Part shown: one piece after another, positions 16,076 to 25,782 of the stretch
Layout: each line of letters starts with the position of its first letter
How positions within the stretch are numbered: the stretch's first letter is position 1
NCBI GenBank assembly: GCA_964460225.1
Contig: CAYWTJ010000001.1
Span: forward strand, 1 to 40,387
Length of the DNA stretch: 40,387 bases
From: an uncultured Planctomycetaceae bacterium
GTDB taxonomy: Bacteria; Planctomycetota; SZUA-567
Reading direction: 5' to 3'
Made by a program: the position numbers and the translations under genes
The notes under the pieces: generated by a model
Database searches by the model: none
What the model saw: only the letters and a program-made list of their open reading frames with translations
Told to the model about the DNA's origin: nothing

Positions 16076-16521
16076 TGCAAAAGTATCGGGTTTTGTTCTT
16101 GTGTACCGGGAATTCCTGCCGCAGCCAGATGGCCGAGGGTTGGGCACGGCACCTGAAGGACGATTGCATGGATGCCTACTCGGCCGGGATCGAGACGCAC
16201 GGCCTCAACCCCAACGCTGTGAAGGTCATGGCAGAAGCGGGGGTGGATATCTCCGCGCACAAAAGCAAACTCGTCCGCGATCTTGGGGACATTGCGTTTG
16301 ATGTCGTGGTGACGGTCTGCGGGCACGCCAACGAACACTGTCCGTTCTTTGCAGGTAGGCCGAAGATCGTTCATGTCGGCTTTCAGGACCCGCCGAAGAT
16401 GGCGCTGGAATGCGACACGGAGGAGGAGAAATTGGACTGTTATCGCCGGGTGCGGGATGAAATCCGGGCGTTCATTCTCACGTTGCCGGAGGCCATCATT
16501 CGCTTAAAAGAAAACCTGTAG
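16072..16521 (+). CDS. arsC: arsenate reductase, LMW-PTP (thioredoxin-coupled) type
   Basis: CTGNSCRSQMAEGW is the CX5R P-loop. A downstream Cys pair is present (VCGHANEHCP). Length about 150 aa. Confidence 0.85.
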   Translation: MMQKYRVLFLCTGNSCRSQMAEGWARHLKDDCMDAYSAGIETHGLNPNAVKVMAEAGVDISAHKSKLVRDLGDIAFDVVVTVCGHANEHCPFFAGRPKIVHVGFQDPPKMALECDTEEEKLDCYRRVRDEIRAFILTLPEAIIRLKENL

Positions 16522-16546
16522 GCGGCCCGGAAGATTCCGGGCCGCC
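16521..16546. terminator. bidirectional terminator hairpin between convergent arsC and the thioredoxin-like gene
   Basis: GGCGGCCCGGaagattCCGGGCCGCC. A perfect 10-bp GC stem. Confidence 0.65.
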
Positions 16547-16570
16547 TACAGGTTGCGCAACACAATCCGA

Positions 16571-17047
16571 TTACTTGTTACTCTGAACAAACTTCAGTGT
16601 CTCTTCCTGCACATACTTGAAGAATTCGTCCGGTTGCGAGAGCAACTTCCATGACCGGTCAAGCGGCTGAGCGGCCACGATTTTGCCCTTCACGACCTTC
16701 GCCAGCGCCGGCATCTTCGCCTTTGTCTTCAACTCCGTCAGAAGCGTTGCCTGCTCCGGCTCATCCACATTCACAGAGCGAAAGACCAGTTTTTGGCCCT
16801 TGAGCAATTCAGCGACCGGAGCATTATCGACCGTAATTTCCTTCCCATCCGCTCCCTGCAGCGTTCCGCCTTCAATCGCCGCCTTGGTCAGAGCCTCGAT
16901 CATATTGCAGGACATGCAGCGAAAGGTGGTATGGGGGTAATACACCACGAACTGCTCCGCCGGTGCGCTCTCCGCCGCTCCGGCACTAAAGACAGAAACG
17001 ATCGCCAGAATAAACGCCAGCACGGAACTGCTCAAATTACGCTTCAT
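16571..17047 (-). CDS. secreted thioredoxin-fold-like protein with a CxxC (CMSC) motif, hypothetical
   Basis: Internal ATG with GGAGAG RBS. Signal peptide MKRNLSSSVLAFILAIVSVFSAGAA. VVYYPHTTFRCMSCN has the beta-strand-CxxC-helix arrangement. Confidence 0.5.
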   Translation of the reverse strand: MKRNLSSSVLAFILAIVSVFSAGAAESAPAEQFVVYYPHTTFRCMSCNMIEALTKAAIEGGTLQGADGKEITVDNAPVAELLKGQKLVFRSVNVDEPEQATLLTELKTKAKMPALAKVVKGKIVAAQPLDRSWKLLSQPDEFFKYVQEETLKFVQSNK

Positions 17048-17070
17048 TTGTCTCTCCATAGAAAAGAGGA

Positions 17071-17766
17071 TCAGCTCTTCCAGATCGTATAAAGTCCCGC
17101 AAGAATCACCAATATTCCGCACACCTTTTTCAGCCAGACCGCGCCGCTGGAGCGCTCATTCCAGTGTAGATAATGCTGTACTATTTCGGAAAAAGTCCCG
17201 GCGAAAATAATCACCAGACAATGCCCGACGCCAAATAGCAACGGAAGCAACATTGCATGGAGCAGACTGGAAGGGGCAATTTTAAAAGCTGCGGCCATGA
17301 TCGGCCACAGATAGCCGAAGGTGCATGGCCCAAGTGCAATCCCGAACACCAGGCCCAAAACCAATGCTCCGAGCACTCCGCGCGTCTTTACGCCGCTGAC
17401 ATTCGCGCCCTTGAAGGGGTTGCCGACCACATCAAGAAAGTGTAGACCGACCAGAACAAAAACAACGCCGACAATGTAGCTGCCCCACGGGCCGATGTCC
17501 CCCGCCATGCCGCCCAGAAACGAGGTGATAATTCCGATCAGGGCGATTGTGGCAAGAATTCCGGATGCGAAAACGGTGGACAACCAGCAGGCCCGGCGGG
17601 TACTGAGATCGCCTTGCTCATCAATGTAACCGACGATTAGCGGAATACTCGCCAGATGGCACGGGCTGAGAAGTACGCTGAGGAGGCCCCAGACGAAAGC
17701 GGCGGATAAACCAATCCACCAAACGCCGTCCACCGCCCTGGTCAGACTGGTAAATAATTCGTCCAT
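17071..17766 (-). CDS. CcdA/DsbD-family transmembrane thiol-disulfide electron transporter (cytochrome c biogenesis protein transmembrane region)
   Basis: 6 TM. Conserved Cys in TM1 (LLSPCHLASIPL) and TM4 (LGPCTFGYLWP). Confidence 0.8.
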   Translation of the reverse strand: MDELFTSLTRAVDGVWWIGLSAAFVWGLLSVLLSPCHLASIPLIVGYIDEQGDLSTRRACWLSTVFASGILATIALIGIITSFLGGMAGDIGPWGSYIVGVVFVLVGLHFLDVVGNPFKGANVSGVKTRGVLGALVLGLVFGIALGPCTFGYLWPIMAAAFKIAPSSLLHAMLLPLLFGVGHCLVIIFAGTFSEIVQHYLHWNERSSGAVWLKKVCGILVILAGLYTIWKS

Positions 17767-17784
17767 CTTGTTTCCTTTTTTCGG

Positions 17785-18582
17785 TTAGAACTGATAACCG
17801 AGTTCCGCCCACTTCTTGACGATATCTTCCTCCGGGAAGTAGCCGTTGTTCCGGAACAACTCTTTGCCATTTGGATCGAGAAACACCTGCGTCGGAATCG
17901 TGCTGACCTTGAAGGAATTCGCAATGTCGCCCCTGAGTTCAACATTGTAGAACTCAGCAGAAAGTTTATCCTTGTACTTCGCCTGCAACGCCTGCAGCAC
18001 CGGCTCCATCATCTTGCACGGCACGCAGGTGGTGGAACCGAACTCCAGCATCCGGGGAAGCCGCTTGCCTTCCGCGTTTACGGCGTATTGCTGGAAATCC
18101 TGATTGTTATCCGGTGTCCCCTTTTGAGACTTGAATACCAGCAAGGCGACCACAACAACGGCGACCAGCACCAACACGATGGTTTTTCCGATCTCACTTT
18201 TTTTCTCGCCAGAAGCATCCGAAGCGCCGCCGCAACCGCAGTCTACACGTTCCGCTCTCGACTCAGAAAGACAGCCGCACCCACATTCCTCTTTCGGCGC
18301 TCCAGCAGCACCGGAACACGCCTCGGGAGACTGTCCGCCTTCTTTGGCGGCAGCAAGTAATAAATCCTTGATTTTATCCGGATCAAGCACTCTGCCCGCG
18401 CTTTCCACCCTGCCGTTGATCGCCAAGCCGGGTGTGCTGATGATTCCGAACGCAGAAATATCGCTCAGTTCCGTCACCTTCTCGATCTGGCAATCAAGCC
18501 CGGCCAGACGCGCCGCCACGGCGGTATTCTCGGCAAGCTGTTTGCACTTCGGGCATCCGGTGCCCAAAATCTGTATCAACAT
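17785..18582 (-). CDS. fused double thioredoxin-family protein: N-terminal small redox-active disulfide protein (CPKC), a Cys-rich linker, one TM, and a C-terminal thioredoxin domain (CVPC)
   Basis: MLIQILGTGCPKCKQLAENT...; linker CGCGC...CGCGG; TM IVLVLVAVVVVALLVF; TCVPCKMMEPV. AAGGAGA RBS. 18 nt downstream gap to CcdA. Confidence 0.7.
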   Translation of the reverse strand: MLIQILGTGCPKCKQLAENTAVAARLAGLDCQIEKVTELSDISAFGIISTPGLAINGRVESAGRVLDPDKIKDLLLAAAKEGGQSPEACSGAAGAPKEECGCGCLSESRAERVDCGCGGASDASGEKKSEIGKTIVLVLVAVVVVALLVFKSQKGTPDNNQDFQQYAVNAEGKRLPRMLEFGSTTCVPCKMMEPVLQALQAKYKDKLSAEFYNVELRGDIANSFKVSTIPTQVFLDPNGKELFRNNGYFPEEDIVKKWAELGYQF

Positions 18583-18693
18583 TGTTGTCTCCTTTTCTTG
18601 AATCAATGCGCGCAACAACCAATCCGCTCTGCATATAGGAAATACCCTTCAGCGCCGGAAAAAGAACAACAACCGTCCGCAACTTCCCGCGCA

Positions 18694-19068
18694 TCACGCG
18701 AGAGCCTTTTCAGCTACCGCGCACAACTTGTCGATATTGGTGTCATCCACTGACGTGCTGCCCTTTGCCAAACCGAGGTCGGCGAGCTGAATGTGTTCAA
18801 ACTTTGTGAATCCCGCCTGCTCCAGAGAAGCCTTGACGCAATTGAGCGGACAGCCGTCGATGGCAACAATCTTCTCCGCCGACTCGGTGGTCTTCAAGAT
18901 CCCCGGAACGCGGCCGCCGATTCCGGCGAGGCAGAACATCTTGCCCTTGCCTTCGCGGGTGAGCTTGCGCGCAGCCTGATCCGCCACCGCGCCCACGTCT
19001 GCCGCGCCCGAACAGGCAAAGATCAACTTGACGCCGCCGCCGCAACCGCACCCTGTGTTCTCAGCCAT
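18694..19068 (-). CDS. DGC-domain protein (putative metal-binding, ars-cluster associated)
   Basis: KIVAIDGCPLNCV is the DGC motif. N-terminal CGCGGG and a FACSGAADVG Cys-rich segment. Confidence 0.7.
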   Translation of the reverse strand: MAENTGCGCGGGVKLIFACSGAADVGAVADQAARKLTREGKGKMFCLAGIGGRVPGILKTTESAEKIVAIDGCPLNCVKASLEQAGFTKFEHIQLADLGLAKGSTSVDDTNIDKLCAVAEKALA

Positions 19069-19219
19069 TTTAACTCTCCTTTGAAATAGGGCGAACTCAT
19101 TGTACCACCGCAACGTTCACCAGGTACCAATATTTTGGCTCAAGCGCGTCCGTCCAAGGGAGTTGCTCGTTCCTCCACGCGGACATGGATTGACTCGCCT
19201 TGCAGAGCAGGAAATTCCA

Positions 19220-20764
19220 TTAAAACCACGCCCCATAGGCAATGCCGCTGATGGTTGCCATACCGATTACCAGTGACACAAACACGAGTGTTTTCTTCGT
19301 ACCCATCACATTACGGATCACGAGCATACTCGGTAAGCTGAGTGCAGGTCCCGCCAGCAGAAGCGCCAATGCCGGGCCTTTGCCCATACCCGCCCCGATC
19401 AGCCCCTGCAGAATCGGCACCTCCGTCAGGGTGGCAAAGTACATAAACGCCCCGAAGACACTGGCGAAGATGTTCGTCCAGATCGGCCAGACCGAACGAA
19501 TGAAGTCCTGCATGCCGCCCGTCTCCATCTTCATAACAGAAAAGAAAACGTCCGGACTGTCGCCGACCAGCATCTGCACATAAATCCCCGGAATAAAGCC
19601 CTCATGCCCCGGCCGGCCAAGCAGAAAACCGGAGATCACAACGCCAATCAACAGCAGCGGGATCATCTGTTTGGCGAAGCCCCAACTCGCCCCGAACCAT
19701 TCGCCGCCCTCGCCTTTATCGGTGGCAAGAATCCAGCAAAGGCCAAGAATGCCCGCAGAAAAAGGCAGCAGCACCCAGACCCCGGCGGTGGACGGCAACC
19801 ACAAAACCAGCGCAATAGCCGGGAGCGATCCAAGAAGCACCTTCCAGAACGGGACCGCAAACCAGAAGAGCAGAATCAACGCGAAGAGCACAACGAAGCC
19901 CGCCGTGACCAGCCATTTGCTCTGCCAGATGCTGGTCCACGTTCCCGGCATCGGAGTCTTCGAGAGAAGATCAGCGACGGCAATTTTTACTTCTGTTCCC
20001 TTCTGGTCGCCATCGAGAAGCGTTACTCCATACGCCGCGCTGGCTGTCTGCCCGCCCTCCGGCGCGCTGATGATCGCCGCGTGAATCACTTTCCCGTCGC
20101 GGGTGAGGAACTGATAGTCATTGGGCGCACCCCAATTGGCGAATACCAGCACCCCGACCATAACCAGAAAGAATGCCGCATTGTGCCAGAGCGGACGTTT
20201 TACCTCCACGGACGCAACATTCCCCTGCGCCTCAGCCTTCGCTGCTTCTTCCTTCCGGAAAAACAGATGCATCAGCAGACCGATGATCACCGAAAATACG
20301 ATCGCCCCCACAGCGCGCGCCACCCCGATCTCCAGCCCCAGAATCCGGGCCGTCAGGATGATCGCCAGCACGTTAATCGCCGGGCCGCTGTAGAGAAACG
20401 CACATGCCGGACCCAACCCCGCGCCCCGTTTCCAGATCCCGGCAAACAGCGGCAGAATCGTACAGGAGCAGACCGCCAGTAAGGTTCCCGATACTGCCGC
20501 CACACCGTAGGCCAGCGGTTTGTTCGCACACGGCCCAATGTATTTCATCACGGCATCTTTACTGACGAAGACGCCAATCGCGCCGGCAATAAAGAAGGCC
20601 GGAACCAAGCAGAGCAGGATGTGCTCCCGCGCGTACCACTTCAAAAGCGCCAGCGACTCCATGAGCGACCGGTCAAACCGATCCCACCCGATAGGGAGAT
20701 AAAAGCAGGCCAAAAAAAGGGCGATCAGCACGGCCGCCCATTTCCCCTCTTGCTTCCAATCCAT
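19220..20764 (-). CDS. permease of the DUF318/ArsP-like family with a large soluble insertion (514 aa)
   Basis: Multi-TM. LAVCSCTILPLFAG resembles the TPFcSCS..P motif of ArsP-type organoarsenical permeases. A roughly 110-aa hydrophilic insert sits mid-protein. Confidence 0.7.
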   Translation of the reverse strand: MDWKQEGKWAAVLIALFLACFYLPIGWDRFDRSLMESLALLKWYAREHILLCLVPAFFIAGAIGVFVSKDAVMKYIGPCANKPLAYGVAAVSGTLLAVCSCTILPLFAGIWKRGAGLGPACAFLYSGPAINVLAIILTARILGLEIGVARAVGAIVFSVIIGLLMHLFFRKEEAAKAEAQGNVASVEVKRPLWHNAAFFLVMVGVLVFANWGAPNDYQFLTRDGKVIHAAIISAPEGGQTASAAYGVTLLDGDQKGTEVKIAVADLLSKTPMPGTWTSIWQSKWLVTAGFVVLFALILLFWFAVPFWKVLLGSLPAIALVLWLPSTAGVWVLLPFSAGILGLCWILATDKGEGGEWFGASWGFAKQMIPLLLIGVVISGFLLGRPGHEGFIPGIYVQMLVGDSPDVFFSVMKMETGGMQDFIRSVWPIWTNIFASVFGAFMYFATLTEVPILQGLIGAGMGKGPALALLLAGPALSLPSMLVIRNVMGTKKTLVFVSLVIGMATISGIAYGAWF

Positions 20765-20817
20765 GGCGCTTTTCCTTTGCTTATTGGCAAATTGGCAAAT
20801 ATACGGCTTTAAAAGGA

Positions 20818-20835
20818 ACCGTGCTGGTCAGCACG
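20818..20835. promoter_or_regulatory. perfect palindrome CCGTGCTGgtCAGCACGG between arsR and the permease gene, next to a tandem TTGGCAAA x2
   Basis: Seen in sequence. Could be an intercistronic hairpin/attenuator or a protein-binding site. Confidence 0.3.
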
Positions 20836-20904
20836 GAAGATTGACCGCTTCCTATTTACAGGCCTCTCGGTTCATGACCGTCCGATCAGTGCGCTCAACT
20901 GGCC

Positions 20905-21225
20905 CTAATGATGAATGGCCAACAGCTCGCGGATGTTTTCCGAGATCATGGAGTCCACGCAATCCATAAACTTCAGGACGCAACGCGCTTGCAGTGTATA
21001 AAAAACCATCAAACCGCGCTTTTCATCGCGGATGATCCCGGCCTGCTTCAGCACAGAAAGATGCTTGCTGACCGTAGACTTGTCGGCACCGATCATTTCG
21101 GTCAGTTCGCAAAAACACTTTTCGCCAGTAGCCAAGACACTGACCACCAGAACCCGGCTGGGATGCCCCAGCGCCTTAAATACATTCGCCTTTGCTTCCA
21201 GACGGGCATATTCTTTTCGGTCCAT
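20905..21225 (-). CDS. arsR: ArsR/SmtB-family metalloregulator
   Basis: FKALGHPSRVLVVSVL...CFCELTE...TVSKHLSVLKQAGII is a winged HTH with a Cys pair in helix 3. GAAGGGGGGGG RBS. Internal start of track ORF. Confidence 0.85.
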   Translation of the reverse strand: MDRKEYARLEAKANVFKALGHPSRVLVVSVLATGEKCFCELTEMIGADKSTVSKHLSVLKQAGIIRDEKRGLMVFYTLQARCVLKFMDCVDSMISENIRELLAIHH

Positions 21226-21248
21226 TGCGCCCCCCCCCTTCTCGTGTT

Positions 21249-21288
21249 CGTTTGTTGGCATTATAGCAAACAAACGCGCCTTAGTCAA
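21249..21288 (-). promoter_or_regulatory. arsR operon promoter (TTGACT-17-TATAAT) with an 8-bp inverted repeat CGTTTGTT/AACAAACG flanking the -10. Putative ArsR operator.
   Basis: The minus-strand reading is TTGACTaaggcgcgtttgtttgcTATAATgccaacaaacg, about 30 nt upstream of the arsR ATG. Confidence 0.5.
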
Positions 21289-21670
21289 GCTTTCCGGGCT
21301 TTTTTTTCGGCGGCCCCTCTTCACCGGCAATCTCAGTCGTAAGACAGACAACAGAGTACGGCCGGCCTCTCAACCATTCCTTCTGCGTGCCATGCGCACG
21401 CCCCGTCAAAATTCACGTTCCCATTATTTCCGCCTGCAATAACAGACTTACGCTATTCCCGCCCTTGCGTGTCATGGCATGAATTCGGACAAAAAAAAGC
21501 CGGCGGCGCCTACAAAAAAGAAATGCAAAAAAAATACGGATGTGTTAGCATACCTTTACTTGCCGGGCAGGATCGATTCAACCTTCTCCGTTCTGCCGGT
21601 TCCGCCGGCGGACTCGTCCGCTTGAGCGCGGCAGGTGTTTGGTTATTGCATTCTTGCATAAGGGGCGATC

Positions 21671-22009
21671 ATGACCGTACTCAATCAGGAAACCGCTCTG
21701 ACCAATGCCAGCAACGACCCGGAATTTCTCGCGGAAATCGCCGTAATGTTTGTTGAGGATGCGGCGGTGGAGCTGAACGGCCTGCAAACTGCGATCGCGG
21801 CAGGCGATCCGGAACAAATCCGCTTCCATGCGCATACGTTGAAAGGGATGGCGGGCAACCTCGGCGGGGAGGAGCTGCATCTGGCCTGTCTGGAGGCGGA
21901 AACCGCCGGCCGCAACGGCGACATTGCGGCGGCGTCCACAGCCCTGCTCCGCATCCAGAGCGCCCTCAGCAGTTTTAACGAGGAACTCAAGCGCTACTGC
22001 AAACTCTAA
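21671..22009 (+). CDS. Hpt (histidine phosphotransfer) domain protein
   Basis: [13 protein letters not shown] is the Hpt active-site His motif. 112 aa all-helical. AAGGGG RBS. Confidence 0.8.
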   Translation: MTVLNQETALTNASNDPEFLAEIAVMFVEDAAVELNGLQTAIAAGDPEQIRFHAHTLKGMAGNLGGEELHLACLEAETAGRNGDIAAASTALLRIQSALSSFNEELKRYCKL

Positions 22010-22073
22010 CCGCGGCTTCCGCGCGGGGGGAACTCGCGCTGACGGTGGACGCGACTATGGCACGGGAACAGGC

Positions 22074-25064
22074 ATGACGAATGAACGCACACAAGACGGA
22101 CGCCGCAATCTGGCCGTTCTTTTGGTCCTGATTCCGCTCCTCTTCGCTTCCTTCGCCCTCTGCTGGCGGCAGTGGCGCCAGGAGTACGCCGACTTCCAGC
22201 GCAGCGCAATGGAAATCCTGCATCTGCGCCAGCACAGCATCATCCGTCAATTGCAGTATTCCCTGCAGGGGATGGAGAGCGATCTACGCATTATCACCAA
22301 CTCCAACGATCTGGCAGACTATCTGAACGCCCCGACCATGGAAAGCCGCCAGAATATTGAGCGTCTGTTTACGAATATCGCCCTTTCACGCGGAAATTAC
22401 CACAAAATCCGCCTCCTCTCCCCCGAAGGCCTGGAATTGACCGGGGTGGTCAGCGACCGGGGCATGACGCACCCGATTCCCGCCGCGGAACTGACGGATC
22501 GCTCAAGCCGGCCGTTTTTCAAGGAAATCCTGAAGTCGCCGGAAGGCCGGACGTTCTTCTCGGAGCTGGATCTGAATGTCGAAAACGGGGTCATCGAAAA
22601 TCCGGCGCGGCCGATTCTGCGCATCGGCGTTGTGCTGCGCAATCAAACGCGGAAGATCATCGGCGTACTGATTTTGAACTATCAGGCAACCCCGATCATA
22701 GAAGCGCTGCAACCGGAATCGGCCAATCCCCCCGCGCAAACGGAATCCTATCTTCTCAACCGCCGGGGCGGATGGATCGGCGGCGGCGACGACCGCTGGA
22801 TGGCATTCCTGAACAATCCCTACCAGACCTTCGGCAACGAGTACCCCTCCTTCTGGAGCGATATGCAGCAATCGCCCGAGGGCATCCTGACCGCCCCCGA
22901 CGGCAGCATGGCTCTCTACCACACCTTTTATCCGCAGCATCCGCAGACCAATGAGGTCGACAACGACTATTTCTGGAAGCTGGTCGGCCTGCTGCCGGCC
23001 AAAACCGCACAGGCCGCAAATCAGACATTGCGCTCGCGCTGGGGCGCGGTATTTCTCGTGATCGCCCTCCTCTCCACGACCGGCGCGCTGCTGTATCTGC
23101 GCTCCCGCAAGTGGATCATCCGGCTCAGCACGGATCTGGAACACGAGCGCCACCGCCAGCGCTCCGTCTTTAACGCCAGCCCCGACCTGATTCTGCTCCT
23201 GCGCGGGCAAACCATCATCACCGCCAACAAGACCGCCTGCCGGGAATTCGGCCTGAGCGAGGAAGAACTGACCGGCATGGAGTTCAACGTCTTTGTTCCG
23301 GGCTATACCGACCCGGCCCAGCCCGTCGGCACACGCGATACCTGGGGGTTCAGCCACCCCGAAGGACAGCTCTCCGTCGAACTGGACATTCACCGTCCAG
23401 ACGGCTCGGTTTTTCCCGGCTCGATCAGCACTACCGCCCTCGACGCCGCCCGCGACCTGCACTGCCTTTTTATCCGCGACATCACCGAACGCAAGAGCGA
23501 CGCGCGCGCACTTCAGATCCGCGAGCGCCACTACGACTTCTCCCTGCGCGCCGCCGGCGCCTGCAGTTGGGAGTATGCCCCCGGTGAATCCAGTCTGGTC
23601 GTTTCGCCCCACATCTACGACATTACCGGCTACATTCCCGACGAACTTTGCACCGTGGAACAGCTTTTCTCGCACATTCTTCCCGCAGATGTTGAATATA
23701 TGCAGCGGCTGTTCCGGGAACTGGAAGCAGAACCCTGCGAACGGAGCATGGAGTACCGCTTCCGCACCAAAAGCGGCGAGGAAATCTGGCTCTATTCCTG
23801 CGGCCGCAGCATTGACGACGAAGAGGAAGGCGGCAAACGCATCTGCAACGGCATCACCTACGACATCACCGAGCGCAAGCGGCTGGAGGCGTCGCTTCTT
23901 GAAGCGCGGGAACGCGCCGAACAGGCCGGTCAGGCCAAAGCCGAATTCCTGGCCAATATGTCGCACGAAATTCGCACCCCCATGAACGGCGTCATCGGCA
24001 TGTCCGACCTGCTGATGACCACCGAAATGACCGTCGAACAGCGCGAGTATGCCACGACCATCCGGCGTTCGGGCGAGACCTTGCTGCAATTGATTAATGA
24101 TATCCTCGACTACTCCAAGATCGAAGCCGGCCGGCTGGAACTGGAGAACAAGCCCTTCTCCCTGCGGGATCTCGTGTTGCACGGCCAGAAAATGCTGCAG
24201 GCGAAAGCGGCCGAGAAAGGGGTGGATCTTGTCGCCACGTATGCCTCGACCTTGCCGGAATACTTCTTCGGCGACCAGTTGCGGATGACCCAGATCCTGC
24301 TCAATCTCCTGAGCAATGCCGTCAAGTTTACCGCAGCCGGCTCCGTCCGCATCAGCGCCTTCCCGGCGGAGGAAATGACCGGCGAAAGCAAAATCCTCGT
24401 CTGTCTGGAGATCCGCGATTCCGGCATCGGCATGGACGAGGCGGCCTTGAAGAAGCTCTTCCAGAAATTCACGCAGGCGGATGCTTCCACGACCCGGCGC
24501 TTTGGCGGCACCGGCCTCGGGCTTGCCATCAGCAAAAACCTCTCCCATCTGATGGGCGGCGACATCACCGTCACCAGCGAACCCGGAAAAGGTTCGGTCT
24601 TTACCGTCAAAATCCCGCTGGTAATCGCGCAAAAACCCGCGCAGGAGGAGGCCGACCCGCTGTTCGAAGTCCTGGAAGACTGCGCCAGCAAGCAGCTCCT
24701 GCTGACCGAAGATAACCGCATGAACCAACGGCTGGCGATGCGCATGCTGGAAAAAATTGGCCTCCGAGCCGATCTTGCGGAAAACGGACTGCAGGCCGTA
24801 AAAATGGCGGGCGAAAAAGCCTATGACCTGATCTTCATGGATATGCAGATGCCGGAAATGGACGGCTTGCAGGCGACGGAGCGGATCCGGTTGGAAGAGA
24901 CAGCCAGTCACCGGCACGCCATTGTCGTAGCCATGACCGCCAACGCCCTCGAAAGCGACCGTCAAGAATGCATCAAAGCGGGAATGGATGACTTCATCAC
25001 AAAGCCCATAACGTTACAAAGCCTGAAAATAACGTTAACAAAATGGCTTAAACGCGCCAAATAA
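22074..25064 (+). CDS. hybrid sensor histidine kinase: 2 TM flanking a periplasmic sensor domain, PAS domains, HisKA, HATPase_c, and a C-terminal receiver
   Basis: H-box [21 protein letters not shown] boxes [16 protein letters not shown]. Receiver [11 protein letters not shown]...[14 protein letters not shown]...K. The start is placed at ATG 22074, which avoids overlap with the Hpt gene. Confidence 0.85.
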   Translation: MTNERTQDGRRNLAVLLVLIPLLFASFALCWRQWRQEYADFQRSAMEILHLRQHSIIRQLQYSLQGMESDLRIITNSNDLADYLNAPTMESRQNIERLFTNIALSRGNYHKIRLLSPEGLELTGVVSDRGMTHPIPAAELTDRSSRPFFKEILKSPEGRTFFSELDLNVENGVIENPARPILRIGVVLRNQTRKIIGVLILNYQATPIIEALQPESANPPAQTESYLLNRRGGWIGGGDDRWMAFLNNPYQTFGNEYPSFWSDMQQSPEGILTAPDGSMALYHTFYPQHPQTNEVDNDYFWKLVGLLPAKTAQAANQTLRSRWGAVFLVIALLSTTGALLYLRSRKWIIRLSTDLEHERHRQRSVFNASPDLILLLRGQTIITANKTACREFGLSEEELTGMEFNVFVPGYTDPAQPVGTRDTWGFSHPEGQLSVELDIHRPDGSVFPGSISTTALDAARDLHCLFIRDITERKSDARALQIRERHYDFSLRAAGACSWEYAPGESSLVVSPHIYDITGYIPDELCTVEQLFSHILPADVEYMQRLFRELEAEPCERSMEYRFRTKSGEEIWLYSCGRSIDDEEEGGKRICNGITYDITERKRLEASLLEARERAEQAGQAKAEFLANMSHEIRTPMNGVIGMSDLLMTTEMTVEQREYATTIRRSGETLLQLINDILDYSKIEAGRLELENKPFSLRDLVLHGQKMLQAKAAEKGVDLVATYASTLPEYFFGDQLRMTQILLNLLSNAVKFTAAGSVRISAFPAEEMTGESKILVCLEIRDSGIGMDEAALKKLFQKFTQADASTTRRFGGTGLGLAISKNLSHLMGGDITVTSEPGKGSVFTVKIPLVIAQKPAQEEADPLFEVLEDCASKQLLLTEDNRMNQRLAMRMLEKIGLRADLAENGLQAVKMAGEKAYDLIFMDMQMPEMDGLQATERIRLEETASHRHAIVVAMTANALESDRQECIKAGMDDFITKPITLQSLKITLTKWLKRAK

Positions 25065-25140
25065 GCACCTTTTTATTACACAACAAATGCAGAGTATTTC
25101 TTTTTTCGATACAACCATTTTTTACGCAAGTTTTATGATC

Positions 25141-25169
25141 TTGCATAAAACGTTAGGAAAACCTATACT
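25141..25169 (+). promoter_or_regulatory. sigma70-like promoter TTGCAT-17-TATACT upstream of the STAS gene, in an AT-rich tract with interleaved inverted repeats
   Basis: cTTGCATaaaacgttaggaaaaccTATACTtgcg. The nearby sequence caagTTTTATGatCTTGCATAAAA forms inverted repeats. Confidence 0.4.
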
Positions 25170-25253
25170 TGCGTAGATTTCGGGGGTTGCCGATTGTCGA
25201 TGCGCTCCCCGCGCTGGTGCGCGAATGCCGAGTACTCGTACACAGGAACACGG

Positions 25254-25754
25254 ATGAGCGAAGAACATTACATTGAGGTCGCCACCTCGGGCGCGGACGC
25301 CCTGATCAAGATCACCGGATTGGCGGACATGCACCTTGCTCCGACGCTGGATGACCTGACGATTATGCTTGCCCGCGAAGGATGCTGCCATCTGGCGATC
25401 GACCTCTCCGCCTGCACGGGCATGGACAGCACCTTCATGGGAACGCTCATCAGCATCAATGTGCGCTATTCCGAGGACAATCACTGGATGTGCCTGATTA
25501 ACGTCACGCCCGACAACCAGTCGCTGCTGAAAATGCTGGGGGTATGGGGAATGGTGCAGGTCCGGGAAAACTTCGACATCCAGCCGGTCAAGACGGCCAA
25601 GATCCGCCCGCCGGCGGAGGATTTTGCCGAACGGCGAATGCAGATCGTCGCGCAGGCCCACCAACGCCTGATCGAAATCAGCGCGGACAACCAGGAGCGC
25701 TTCGGCCCCTTCCTCGACGCGCTTCGCAGTTCCCTGCGCGACCAGCAGGATTAA
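25254..25754 (+). CDS. STAS-domain protein (anti-sigma-factor antagonist-like)
   Basis: LIKITGLADMHLAPTLDDLTIMLAREGCCHLAIDLSACTGMDSTFMGTLISI has the STAS/SpoIIAA topology. AGGAAC RBS. Confidence 0.7.
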   Translation: MSEEHYIEVATSGADALIKITGLADMHLAPTLDDLTIMLAREGCCHLAIDLSACTGMDSTFMGTLISINVRYSEDNHWMCLINVTPDNQSLLKMLGVWGMVQVRENFDIQPVKTAKIRPPAEDFAERRMQIVAQAHQRLIEISADNQERFGPFLDALRSSLRDQQD

Positions 25755-25782
25755 CTTCAGAGCCGTCTGCCCACACGACCGC

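Noticed and set aside
21924-22073. Upstream extension of the histidine-kinase ORF overlapping the Hpt gene
   Set aside because: Would overlap the Hpt CDS by 86 nt in another frame. ATG 22074 precedes the first TM helix.
22503-24965. 820-aa minus-strand ORF antisense to the hybrid histidine kinase
   Set aside because: GC-driven open antisense frame. The kinase on the plus strand carries H, N and G boxes and a receiver domain.
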